Both the position numbers and the translations under genes were made by a program. This document shows, one piece after another, positions 9,817 through 19,137 of a stretch of DNA of 25,543 bases. This DNA is from Desulfobulbaceae bacterium (GTDB lineage: Bacteria; Desulfobacterota; Desulfobulbia; Desulfobulbales; SURF-16), in the NCBI GenBank assembly GCA_021160685.1, contig JAGHCC010000169.1, forward strand, positions 1 to 25,543, given 5' to 3'. The number at the start of each line of letters is the position of its first letter. Position 1 is the first letter of the stretch. Below the pieces are notes generated by a model, which was not told where the DNA came from, did not search any database, and was given only the letters and a program-made list of their open reading frames with translations.

Positions 9817-10662
9817 CTAACTGCTACCATAGCTATGCAGTCCGGCCAGGAGAAAATTGACACCAAAATAGGTAAAAATAACTGAGACAAAACCAATGAT
9901 GGCCAGCCAGGCAATGCGTTTGCCTGTCCAGCCCCTGGTGAATCGAGCATGAAGGGTGGCGGCATATACAAACCAGGTAATCAGAGACCAGGTCTCCTTA
10001 GGATCCCAACTCCAGTAGGTTCCCCAAGCCGAATTGGCCCAAATGGCGCCGGTGATAATACCGACGCTGAGCCAGAGAAAACCAAAGATAATAGTTTTGT
10101 GAATAAGGTCATCAATGATTTTCAAGGCCGGCAAGGTACCGATCAGCCCGGTTGTCTTTTCCTTTTTCCCATCGCGTTTCAGCAGATACATGATTCCGAG
10201 GCCGCAGGCCACGGCAAAGGCGGCATAGCCGATAAAGCAGGTCATGACATGGGCGATGAGCCAGTTACTCTGCAGGGCCGGAATCAGTGGGGCAATCTCC
10301 TGATTGATCCCTTTGGCAAAAGAGGCGTAGGCCATGCTGACAAAGGCAAACGGAATGGCAAAGGCACCCAGAATTCTATTTTTAAATTTAAATTCAAGGA
10401 CCAGATAAAAAATAACAATACTCCAGGCAAAAAACACCAGGGACTCGTACATATTGGAAAGAGGAGCATGACCGAATCCCATCTGATACGATTCATACCA
10501 CCTGAGACCGATGCCGCCGGTCAGCACCAGAAAAGTCAACAGGGTGAGGATCGAAGCCACGAGGCTGACGGTTTTGGCTCGAAAAATCAAGGCGCCTATA
10601 TAAAGCATTGAGGCGAGAAGAAAACCCAGTGTTGAAACACCTAAGAGTTGTGAACTATTCAT
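9817..10662 (-). CDS. ccsA: System II cytochrome c biogenesis protein CcsA/ResC
   Basis: WWD domain WGTYWSWDPKETWS, PALQSNWLIAHV, LAGLHSYG; multi-TM protein; ATGA overlap with the resB stop. Confidence 0.95.
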   Translation of the reverse strand: MNSSQLLGVSTLGFLLASMLYIGALIFRAKTVSLVASILTLLTFLVLTGGIGLRWYESYQMGFGHAPLSNMYESLVFFAWSIVIFYLVLEFKFKNRILGAFAIPFAFVSMAYASFAKGINQEIAPLIPALQSNWLIAHVMTCFIGYAAFAVACGLGIMYLLKRDGKKEKTTGLIGTLPALKIIDDLIHKTIIFGFLWLSVGIITGAIWANSAWGTYWSWDPKETWSLITWFVYAATLHARFTRGWTGKRIAWLAIIGFVSVIFTYFGVNFLLAGLHSYGSS

Positions 10663-12020
10663 GATGATTCCTTAGCGTGACCAGAGGCCGCTTCTATTTG
10701 CTCATTTTCCTGGATCGATTCGGTTAATGCCGCGAAAGTTGTATCAAAACCAACCTTATTCTTATTGGCTGATCCACTGATGAGGATCCTGCTGCCCTGA
10801 CCGGATTCACTGACGTGCACCCAGATTCTCCGATGCGAAAAGAAAAAGGCGACGACAAGGCTGAGAATCATAAGAGTGCAGCCGAAATAAACACACCAGA
10901 CTCCCGGATCCTTTGTCACCTGCAGACCGGTGGCAAAAAATTCTTTTAAAGTAATCGTATATGTTGCCTGGGGACGCTGAAGGGAGGAGGTGGAATCTTC
11001 TTCCATCCACATGCTAGCCGCTTCACCATTGTTATCATTAAACCAGACTTTATAACGAAAATGGCCGGGTGTCGCGGTCATCTGTTTATTGATGACACCG
11101 AAAGAAACCTTTTCCTCAGTCCAGGGAATTTCCTCCCCCGGAGGAATCAGAAATTCCTTGCTGACACCGGTTTCATTATTTTTCAACGTCACGAGCAACT
11201 TCTGATACGCCTCATAACTGGATTGATAGAAAGTCAATCCCTTGTAGCTCAGGGGATCATTGACGACAATTGATTTGGTCAGAACTTCCTTACCATTTTC
11301 GATGATGGCCAGATCAGACCGGAACTCTTTTGGCATGCCGGTCTCGTAATAGGTTAACGTAAACCTTTTGCATTTAACCATAAAATCGAGCTTGATCGGT
11401 TTTTGGGTGCCAAACTCATAGACGGTATCGGTGGTGGTGGTTTCAGCGATTCTCACACCGGCTTTATACCCCCAGAAAGAGCCGATCATGGCACCGACAA
11501 AAATGATAAGGATACTGGCATGAAAGGCATATACGCCAAGCCGGGACCATGTCCCTTTCTGGGCGAAAAGCAGGGTCCCGTCATCCTGGCTTTTCTGCTG
11601 AAACTTCCAGCCCTTCCGGGCAAAGATATCCTTCATGGCTTCAGTTGTCTTTGATGGGGACATATCTGAAGAAAATAGTCTGCGCTGCCCCATCCTCTCA
11701 AGTTTCTGCAACTTCGTCTGCAGATTGTCCATGGTCATCAGCCGCCAGGCATTGGGAAAACGCTCCAGAATGCAGACAATCATGTTGAGGCTGAGCAGGA
11801 TCAGCAACCCGGTGAACCACCATGAACTATACATGTCCGGTACATCCAGTGTCTGGAACAGCCCGGCCATATTGGCGCCATAGACCTCAACATAAAACTC
11901 GGCAGGCTTGTTCTGTGGCACGACAGTGCCGATGATGGACAGTATCGCCAGCATAAACAGAACAAACAAGGTGAGTTTAACCGAGGCAAAAAACGCCTGA
12001 ATAGGATTTTTCTTCTTCAT
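10659..12020 (-). CDS. resB: System II cytochrome c biogenesis protein ResB/CcsB
   Basis: SVKL...SIIGTVVPQ, MYSSWWF, FHASILIIFVG, VNDPLSYKGLTFYQSSY, TGLQVTKDPGVW, FFSHRRIW. Confidence 0.93.
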   Translation of the reverse strand: MKKKNPIQAFFASVKLTLFVLFMLAILSIIGTVVPQNKPAEFYVEVYGANMAGLFQTLDVPDMYSSWWFTGLLILLSLNMIVCILERFPNAWRLMTMDNLQTKLQKLERMGQRRLFSSDMSPSKTTEAMKDIFARKGWKFQQKSQDDGTLLFAQKGTWSRLGVYAFHASILIIFVGAMIGSFWGYKAGVRIAETTTTDTVYEFGTQKPIKLDFMVKCKRFTLTYYETGMPKEFRSDLAIIENGKEVLTKSIVVNDPLSYKGLTFYQSSYEAYQKLLVTLKNNETGVSKEFLIPPGEEIPWTEEKVSFGVINKQMTATPGHFRYKVWFNDNNGEAASMWMEEDSTSSLQRPQATYTITLKEFFATGLQVTKDPGVWCVYFGCTLMILSLVVAFFFSHRRIWVHVSESGQGSRILISGSANKNKVGFDTTFAALTESIQENEQIEAASGHAKESS

Positions 12021-12110
12021 ACTCCCCGCTTTTTAAGGATGTTGTCTTTTTTAACGTCATGGCCTAAAGCCATTTATGCTCATTGTTGGCACAAGGTTGC
12101 ATGAAACGTA

Positions 12111-12175
12111 AACCACGGAACTCACGGAAAATACCAAAAAGGAATATTTTGGTATTTTCCGTGAGTTCCGTGGTT
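12111..12175. repeat. Perfect 29-bp inverted repeat with a 7-nt spacer (REP/MITE-like)
   Basis: AACCACGGAACTCACGGAAAATACCAAAA (12111-12139), spacer AGGAATA, exact reverse complement at 12147-12175. Confidence 0.9.
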
Positions 12176-12380
12176 AAAAAAAGACTTTCATAAAAAATGA
12201 TATCAAGTTAAGAGGTCTGGTTACCACGAAATTTGATACCCTGTCAAATCAAAATGCTCAATTGAGGGATGGAGATCCCGGCAAACAAGTCAAAAGCATT
12301 TTAAAGAAGACAGCGTTCTGGAAAATTTGTTCGTTTTTTCAATCAAGTTTTCCGCATGGCAAAAAGCTAATGAAAAAAAG

Positions 12381-12409
12381 TTGCGCGCTAGGCTCAGACA
12401 GGGTATAAA
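12381..12409 (+). promoter_or_regulatory. Candidate sigma70 promoter of rpmB
   Basis: TTGCGC-17 bp-TATAAA, about 80 bp upstream of the ATG. Confidence 0.45.
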
Positions 12410-12487
12410 GCTATGTTTTTGATTGAGTCTAATAAAATATTATAACAGCCGCTCATGGCGGAGAGATGTTGTCTGGAGGAAAAAAAT

Positions 12488-12703
12488 ATGGCTAGAGAAT
12501 GCGCAATCTGCGGAAAAAAACCAATGTCAGGAAATAATGTCAGCCACGCCCACAACAAAACGCGTCGTCGCTGGCTGCCCAATCTTAAAAGAGTTCGTAT
12601 GGCCACTGCAGGCGGCAATGCCAAGCATGTCATGGTCTGCACACGGTGCATCCGTTCCGGAGCAGTGGTTAAACCGTCCAAAAGAGTCTCACCCAGTGTA
12701 TAA
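12488..12703 (+). CDS. rpmB: 50S ribosomal protein L28 (zinc-ribbon form)
   Basis: [33 protein letters not shown]...CTRCIRS. True start is ATG 12488 with RBS GGAGG; two CxxC pairs. Confidence 0.97.
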   Translation: MARECAICGKKPMSGNNVSHAHNKTRRRWLPNLKRVRMATAGGNAKHVMVCTRCIRSGAVVKPSKRVSPSV

Positions 12704-12730
12704 AGGATTAACGCTCCTTTAAAAAATAAT

Positions 12731-12780
12731 GGAATTGCGGATTTCCCCTCCTAAAAAATTCATTTCGAAATCCGCATTCC
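12731..12780. terminator. Hairpin between convergent rpmB and RSH genes
   Basis: GGAATTGCGGATTT ... AAATCCGCATTCC: 13-bp stem, one bulge, 23-nt loop. Confidence 0.5.
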
Positions 12781-12796
12781 AAAATCAAACAGGCCA

Positions 12797-14992
12797 CTAC
12801 CTTCTTCTCGCCTCTAACACTCCTTTAACCTGGCGAAGATGCTGTAACACCATGCTCAGATGACTCAGATCATCCACCTCCACCACCAGATTAAGCATAG
12901 CCCGGCTGTTTTTCGATGTATGGGCATCTACATTAACGATATTGGCGTTATCGGTTGACAGCGAATCACACAACGAGACCAGCAGCCCCTTCCGATCAGT
13001 GGCGACAACCTGGATCTGAGCCCGGTGAGCCGGTTGATCGTCGCTGGACCAACTGACCTCGATACGACGGACGGGATCAGTGGCCAGAAGATTCGGACAA
13101 TTTGCCTTATGGACCGTAATCCCCCGACCGGTCGTAATAAACCCCATAACCTTGTCTCCCGGCATTGGCAGACAACACTGACTGATTTTAACGAGCATAT
13201 CATCAATTCCATCAATGACAATACCATTCCCCCCACTCTTTGTGCCGGAATGGCTGCTCTCTTCATCTCTTTTCTGGATATTTCTGGCCAGCTCTTCATC
13301 ACTTCTGTTTTCCCTGATCTCCGCCGGCAGCAGGATATCGACAATTTGACCAGTACTAATCCTGTTTGACCCTACCTTTCTGAGCAAATCCTCGAGAGAA
13401 TTACAGGAAAGCGCTTTCAGTACTTCTTTGAGATGGCCGGTTTTGATAAATTTTTTCAGACTGAGACCATGGGAGCGCAGTTCCCGGTCACAAATTTCCT
13501 GGCCCGCTTTAAGATCATTTTCCAGTTCTTCCTGGCGCAGCCAATGCCTGATTCGACTCTTTGCCCGGCTTGTTTTGACCAGAGACAGCCATCCACGGTT
13601 GGGATGCCGGCTCGCGGATGTCATAATTTCAAGCACATCGCCGTTTTTTAAACGATACTTCAGGGAAACGATGCGGCCGTTAATCTTGGCGCCGCTGCAG
13701 GTATTGCCGACTTCAGTGTGAATGGCGTAAGCAAAATCCAGGGGACTGCTCCCTTCGGGGAGCTCTTTGACATCACCGTTCGGGGTCAAAACGTAAATCT
13801 TAGCCTGGTCAAGTTCGTCCTTGACCGTCTCCAGAAATTCCCTGGGATCTTTCAATTCCTGCAGAGAATGAATCAACTGCTTGAGCCATTGAAACATTTT
13901 GGCATCTTTCCGGGAAATCGCCGTGCCTTCCTTATAGGCCCAATGGGCGGCAATGCCCTCTTTGGCAATCCTGTCCATTTCCTCGGTGCGGATCTGAATC
14001 TCCATGAACTCTCCCGAGGGTCCAATCACCGAGGTATGGAGGGATTGATACATATTCGCCTTGGGACTGCTGATAAAATCCTTAAATCGGCCGTCAATAG
14101 GCTGCCACAAGGCATGTACCATTCCCAAAGCCTCGTAACATTCCTGGACGGTATGTAAAATGATCCGGAACGCAACCTTGTCATAGACCTTTTCCAGGGG
14201 AATGTTCTGGGCAATAATTTTTTTATAGATGCTGAAAAGATGCTTTGGCCGACCAAAAATTTGAAAATCATGCAGGCCGAACTCCTTCAGTTTCCTGGAG
14301 AGCAGGGATTTGACCTCGTTGACATAAGTGGCCCGATCCATGGTGGATGTTTCCATCCTGGCCACAAGATCCGCAGATTCAGCAGGATAAATTAAGGCAA
14401 AGGAGAGATCTTCAAGATCCCGCTTCATCCAGTCTATTCCCAGCCTGCTGGCCAGGGGAGCATAGAGGTCAAGCGTCTCCTGGGCAAATTCCTTTCTGGT
14501 CTCTTCAGGTATATCCATAATCTGCATATCATGGAGCCTGTCAACCAGCTTGACCAGCAGGACCCGGATGTCAGCTGACATCGCCAGCAGCATTTTGCGG
14601 ATATTTTCAGCCTGATAGGCGGCCTTGGAGTTAAACTTAACATTTTCGATTTTCGTGGCGCCGGCAACAATAACAGCCACATCCCGGCCAAATTTTTCTT
14701 CCAGTACCTTTTCAGAAACGTCGGCCCCAGGTTCTTTCAGAACACTGTGCAAAAGCCCCGCCGTCAGGCTATCCACATCAAGCCCCATGGCCGCCAGAAT
14801 CCGGGCCACCTCCAGGGGATGGGAGATATAGAGATCACCATTGGGCCGCAACCGTGAACCGTGAATCTCTGCGGCATACTCATAGGCCTCCCGCAGAGTA
14901 TCCAGATCCTTTTTCTTAAGATACTGCCCGGCCTCGGCAAGAACAAGGTCAATGGTTGTCGTGTTGCTGTGCTGTTCGGATAATTGTGACAT
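12797..14992 (-). CDS. relA: Long RelA/SpoT homolog (HD-SYN-TGS-ZFD-ACT) with a degenerate hydrolase motif
   Basis: Synthetase motifs GRPKHLFSIYKK, RFKD, YQSLHT, EIQIRT, GIAAHWAYK; TGS LDFAYAIHTEVG; CCLPMPGD; ACT DRKGLL. HDxxED is replaced by HSVLKE. Confidence 0.93.
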   Translation of the reverse strand: MSQLSEQHSNTTTIDLVLAEAGQYLKKKDLDTLREAYEYAAEIHGSRLRPNGDLYISHPLEVARILAAMGLDVDSLTAGLLHSVLKEPGADVSEKVLEEKFGRDVAVIVAGATKIENVKFNSKAAYQAENIRKMLLAMSADIRVLLVKLVDRLHDMQIMDIPEETRKEFAQETLDLYAPLASRLGIDWMKRDLEDLSFALIYPAESADLVARMETSTMDRATYVNEVKSLLSRKLKEFGLHDFQIFGRPKHLFSIYKKIIAQNIPLEKVYDKVAFRIILHTVQECYEALGMVHALWQPIDGRFKDFISSPKANMYQSLHTSVIGPSGEFMEIQIRTEEMDRIAKEGIAAHWAYKEGTAISRKDAKMFQWLKQLIHSLQELKDPREFLETVKDELDQAKIYVLTPNGDVKELPEGSSPLDFAYAIHTEVGNTCSGAKINGRIVSLKYRLKNGDVLEIMTSASRHPNRGWLSLVKTSRAKSRIRHWLRQEELENDLKAGQEICDRELRSHGLSLKKFIKTGHLKEVLKALSCNSLEDLLRKVGSNRISTGQIVDILLPAEIRENRSDEELARNIQKRDEESSHSGTKSGGNGIVIDGIDDMLVKISQCCLPMPGDKVMGFITTGRGITVHKANCPNLLATDPVRRIEVSWSSDDQPAHRAQIQVVATDRKGLLVSLCDSLSTDNANIVNVDAHTSKNSRAMLNLVVEVDDLSHLSMVLQHLRQVKGVLEARRR

Positions 14993-15008
14993 TTTCGATT
15001 TAAAATTG

Positions 15009-15036
15009 AATGTAGATTACAGGAAGAGAGTCTCAA
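15009..15036 (-). promoter_or_regulatory. Candidate sigma70 promoter of the RSH gene
   Basis: Minus strand TTGAGA-16 bp-TACATT just upstream of ATG 14992. Confidence 0.3.
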
Positions 15037-15061
15037 TAATGAGTGACGCTCTATAAACAAA

Positions 15062-15089
15062 TCCCCCTTCCCCCTCTACTTAAGGGGGA
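15062..15089 (-). terminator. GC-rich hairpin downstream of proS
   Basis: TCCCCCTT...AAGGGGGA stem. No clear U tract immediately after it. Confidence 0.35.
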
Positions 15090-15109
15090 GGTTGGCAGTA
15101 CACCGCCAC

Positions 15110-16843
15110 TTATTGAGAATTTATGGAGGAATCGGCAACCATCTCGGAATCGATCATTTTTTTGAGTCTTTCGACTGTTTCAGACAACGACGCGGTAAAG
15201 GTTTCACCGGTTCGCCGGCTTCGAATTTCAACAACACCGTCCTTGCTGAAACTCCGACCCACTGTCAGGCGAATCGGAATACCGATGAGGTCGGCATCCT
15301 TGAACTTCACTCCAGGCCGTTCATCACGGTCATCCATGAGAACCTCAACACCCCTGGCCAGACATTCTTTGTAAAGCCCCTCGGCCGCCTGGGTAATTTC
15401 TTCATCTTTCGTGGAAAGATTCAGCAAAACAACCTGGACCGGGGCAATGGGCATGGGTAAAATCATGCCGTCTTTGTCATGGTTCTGCTCAATGGCCGCA
15501 GCCACGCTACGACTGACGCCAATGCCGTAACAGCCCATGACAAAGGGCTGCTCCTGCCCCTGATTGTCGAGAAAAGTTGCATTTAAGGCCTCACTGTAGG
15601 AAGTGCCCAGCTTAAAGATATGGCCCACCTCAATCCCCCTGGTCAACTTAAGCCCGCCACCGCAGGACGGACAACGGTCATCAGCCGTGACCATACGGAG
15701 ATCGGCGAATTCCGAAACCTCAAAATCCCGGCCGACATTGACATTCAAAGAGTGAAAATTCTTTTCATTGGCCCCTATGGCAAAGTTGCTCATTTTCATC
15801 ACTTCAAGATCCGCCACAACCTTGATTTCCAAACTAACCGGGCCCAAATAACCGGTGGGGACACCAGTGACATCGAACACCTGCTTGTCGTCGGCCATCT
15901 CAACCTCCAGAGCGCCAAGCAGATTCTGGAGTTTGACCTCCTGCACCTCGTGATCGCCACGCATCAGGACAGCAACCGGCTTGCCATCAGCCAGATAAAC
16001 AAGTGTTTTCACTAATTCTTTTGCTGAGATGTTCAAAAACTCGGTAACGGCCTTCACCTTACGTTTCCCTGGAGTCTCTATCTTTTCCATCGGCAGCAGA
16101 TCCGGAGTCTCGACTGCGGGACTTTCCATGGCCCTTGCTTTTTCCATGTTGGCGGCATAGCTGCAGTTCTTGCAGACAACGATGGTATCCTCGCCGGTAT
16201 CAGCCAACACCATAAATTCACGGGAAAAGCTGCCGCCAATGGTGCCGGAATCCGCCTCAACCGCCCGGAACTTCAGACCGCAGCGGCTGAAAATACGCTG
16301 GTAGGCCCTGTTCATTTTTTCATAGGTTTCACCGGCAGCCTCATCCGTGGCATCAAAACTGTAACCATCCTTCATAATAAATTCCCGGCCACGCATGAGT
16401 CCGAACCGAGGCCGGATCTCATCCCTAAACTTGGTCTGGATCTGGTAGAGATTGATGGGTAGCTCACGGTAGGAATGGACATTCATCCGCACCAGGTCAG
16501 TGATGACCTCCTCATGGGTTGGCCCCAGACAGTTTTCGCGCTGATGACGATCGGTAAAACGCAGCAGTTCCGGGCCATATTTCTGCCAGCGGCCGGACTC
16601 CTGCCAGAGTTCAGCGGGCTGGACCATGGGGAGCAGCAACTCCTGGGCGCCGGCCCGGTTCATCTCTTCACGAACAATCTGCTCAACCTTCCGGATTGCG
16701 GCCAGCCCCAGGGGAAGATACGAATATATTCCGGAGGCCAGTTTACGGATAAATCCGGCCCGAAGCATAAGCTGATGGCTGATCACCTCGGCCTCAGCCG
16801 GAGTTTATTTTAAAGTGGGGATAAGAAATTTTGAAAAACGCAT
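15110..16843 (-). CDS. proS: Prolyl-tRNA synthetase (bacterial type with INS editing domain); in-frame TAA at codon 13
   Basis: ATG 16843 has RBS AAGGA and lies 10 nt after the ispG stop. It reads [29 protein letters not shown] and stays in frame with the track ORF. Motifs [49 protein letters not shown]. Confidence 0.95.
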
Positions 16844-16853
16844 GTCTGTCCTT

Positions 16854-17915
16854 TTATTCTGTCATTTTCTCTAATTCTTCTATAAAAACATCATAAATCT
16901 CATCTTCGGAGACCTTTTTATACAGCTTGCCTTTCTTGAACAGGATCCCGACGCCATTCCCGCCGGCAACGCCGAGATCCGCCTCTCGGGCTTCGCCCGG
17001 GCCGTTCACCACACAACCCATGACCGCAATTTTCAGAGGAGTTGTAATGGTCTGAACATACTGTTCGATTTTTTCGGCCAAACTAAAAAGATTGATCCGG
17101 CAGCGGCCGCAGGTCGGGCATGATATCAACTCAGGACCGCGTTGGCGGATATGCAGGGCACGAAGAAGCTCATAGCAGACCCGAATCTCCTCCAGGGGAT
17201 CGCGGGTCAGAGAGACACGGAAAGTGTCGCCGATGCCGTCCAGAAAAAGAACTCCCAGGGCAAAACTCGATTTGACCGTGCCGCCGATCAGTCCTCCGGC
17301 CTCGGTCACCCCCAGATGCAAGGGGTAATCAGTTTGCTCGGAAAGCAGCCGATAGGCCTCTATAGTGGCAAGGGCATCGGATGATTTGATGGAAATTTTT
17401 ATCTCATGAAAATCAAGCTCTTCCAGAAGACGGGTATTCTTCAGAGCGCTTTCCACTAGAGCCGCCGGCGTGGGATGGCCGTGCCTGGCCAGGATTTCCT
17501 TTTCCACGGAACCCGAGTTGACCCCAACCCGAATCGGAACTTTAAATTTCCTGGCCGCCCGAACCACTTTGGCCAACTTCTCCGCCCCTCCAATGTTGCC
17601 GGGATTAATCCGGATTGCCTGGGCGCCATTTTCCATGCTGGCCACGGCCAGGCGATGATCAAAATGAATATCGGCAATCAGGGGAATATCAATCCGCTCG
17701 CGGATCGCTCCAATGGCCCGGGCCGACTCCGGCTCAGGCACCGCCACCCGAATCACTTCACAGCCGGCCGCTTCCAGCCCTTTAATCTGGGCAACGGTTG
17801 CCTCAACGTCCCGGGTGTCGGTATTGGTCATTGACTGAACAATAATTGGCGCATCAGCGCCGATGGGGACATTCCCGATATGAATCTGCCTTGTTTTTTT
17901 TCTCTTGATCATCAT
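16854..17915 (-). CDS. ispG: (E)-4-hydroxy-3-methylbut-2-enyl-diphosphate synthase
   Basis: VQSMTNT, ADIHFD, RINPGNIG, HLGVTEAG, CPTCGRC, AVMGCVVNGPGEA. Confidence 0.97.
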   Translation of the reverse strand: MMIKRKKTRQIHIGNVPIGADAPIIVQSMTNTDTRDVEATVAQIKGLEAAGCEVIRVAVPEPESARAIGAIRERIDIPLIADIHFDHRLAVASMENGAQAIRINPGNIGGAEKLAKVVRAARKFKVPIRVGVNSGSVEKEILARHGHPTPAALVESALKNTRLLEELDFHEIKISIKSSDALATIEAYRLLSEQTDYPLHLGVTEAGGLIGGTVKSSFALGVLFLDGIGDTFRVSLTRDPLEEIRVCYELLRALHIRQRGPELISCPTCGRCRINLFSLAEKIEQYVQTITTPLKIAVMGCVVNGPGEAREADLGVAGGNGVGILFKKGKLYKKVSEDEIYDVFIEELEKMTE

Positions 17916-17954
17916 ATTTTAAACGGCTCTCCACCTTAGGGCCTGTAACATTTT

Positions 17955-17983
17955 ATTATACCCCTTTGGCTGAAAAGTTGCAC
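17955..17983 (-). promoter_or_regulatory. Candidate sigma70 promoter of ispG-proS
   Basis: Minus strand GTGCAA-17 bp-TATAAT (perfect -10), about 40 bp upstream of ispG. Confidence 0.55.
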
Positions 17984-18125
17984 CATTCACCTGGATTTCC
18001 CCGGGGATTCTTCAAGACGGACAAGGAAAAATGCAGACAACATGGGGATCCATTTGTTTTTTTGCTCAATCATAAAAAAATAGTCCCTGCTCAGGTGCAT
18101 ACAAAAAAATTATAAACGATCCGCA

Positions 18126-19004
18126 TCAACCGGCAATATAATCGACAAAGACATTGTAATACGCGGGTAAACTCCGTTTTTTGAGCTTGGTCAAATAAAA
18201 ACTCCGCTCCATGCGCAGGCCGTCCAGCTTTATTTCTATAAGAGAACCGGCGACAAGTTCCTCCTCAATGGCCTTGCGGGATAAAACCGAACCGCCAAGA
18301 CCGGCCTTCATGGCCTCCTTGATTGAAGCGGTTGAGCCCAGCACGGCGACAACATTCAATTTGCCGATATCAATCTGCAATTCTCTGAAGAACAACTCCA
18401 TATTCCGCCTGGTCCCGGAACCCTTCTCCCGCATGAGAAAAGGGATTTTATTAATTTCATCAATACCGCCCTTTTCCCCGGAAACCAGCTGCGGAGACAC
18501 CCCATAGACCAGCTCATCTTGGCAAAAGGGCTCATATTGAAGTTTTTTTGAGTTCATTTTGGCGCCAACCACGCCGAGGAGCAACTGATGACTCTCCACC
18601 ATCTCGACAATCTTGCCGGTATCGCCGATAATGATCTCAAAAGAGATATCCGGATATTTCTTTTTAAATTCCGAGGCTAGAACAGGAAGCATATAGGTGC
18701 CGGGAATGGTGCTGGCGCCAATGACCAGATGCCCGCTGACCTCCTGGCCACTTATCTTGAGAGAATCCTTTATCTTTTCAAGACCATCTATCACTTGAAG
18801 AGCTCCTGGCAGGATGATTTCCGCCGCCTGGGTGGGCTCGATAGTCCTTCCAAGCCGGTCAAACAGCAAAGAACCCAGTTCGTTTTCCAGGTTTTTTATA
18901 TGTTCGCTGATTGTGGGTTGACTGATGGAGAGTTTCAGCGAGGCCTTTGAAAAACTTTTATTTTGATAAACGGCCACAAATATTCTTAATTGATGAACAT
19001 CCAT
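18126..19004 (-). CDS. LysR family transcriptional regulator (CysL-like / selenium-metabolism-associated type)
   Basis: N-terminal HTH SFSKASLKLSISQPTISEHIKNLE, LFDR, GASTIPGTYMLP, REKGSGTR. Confidence 0.88.
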   Translation of the reverse strand: MDVHQLRIFVAVYQNKSFSKASLKLSISQPTISEHIKNLENELGSLLFDRLGRTIEPTQAAEIILPGALQVIDGLEKIKDSLKISGQEVSGHLVIGASTIPGTYMLPVLASEFKKKYPDISFEIIIGDTGKIVEMVESHQLLLGVVGAKMNSKKLQYEPFCQDELVYGVSPQLVSGEKGGIDEINKIPFLMREKGSGTRRNMELFFRELQIDIGKLNVVAVLGSTASIKEAMKAGLGGSVLSRKAIEEELVAGSLIEIKLDGLRMERSFYLTKLKKRSLPAYYNVFVDYIAG

Positions 19005-19137
19005 ATAACAGACCTCGCTAAATCATCGTAAAATTGATGCTGTTTTCTAGACATTCGGCTGAATTTTGCACGGGATCTCGTTCAAGGTTCAAGGTTCAGA
19101 TGGTATCCGTTATCTCATATGAATCCAGCAAAATTGA

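Noticed and set aside
9949-10611. 220-aa plus-strand ORF opposite ccsA, and similar shadow ORFs opposite other genes
   Set aside because: Fully overlap well-supported genes on the other strand and show no motifs or RBS support.
12087-12100. TGGCAC-AAGG-TTGC, a sigma54-like element on the + strand
   Set aside because: The spacer is 4 nt, not the strictly required 5, and it faces a hairpin rather than a nearby start codon.
12231-12249. ATTTGA-N7-TCAAAT palindrome as an FNR/CRP site
   Set aside because: Spacing does not fit TTGAT-N4-ATCAA or TGTGA-N6-TCACA.
12394-12722. Minus-strand ORFs of 95-99 aa overlapping rpmB
   Set aside because: Antisense to a clear L28 gene.
16805-16807. TAA reassignment (alternative genetic code) to explain the proS stop
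   Set aside because: TAA terminates at least four other genes in the window at their expected ends, and no other gene has an internal TAA.
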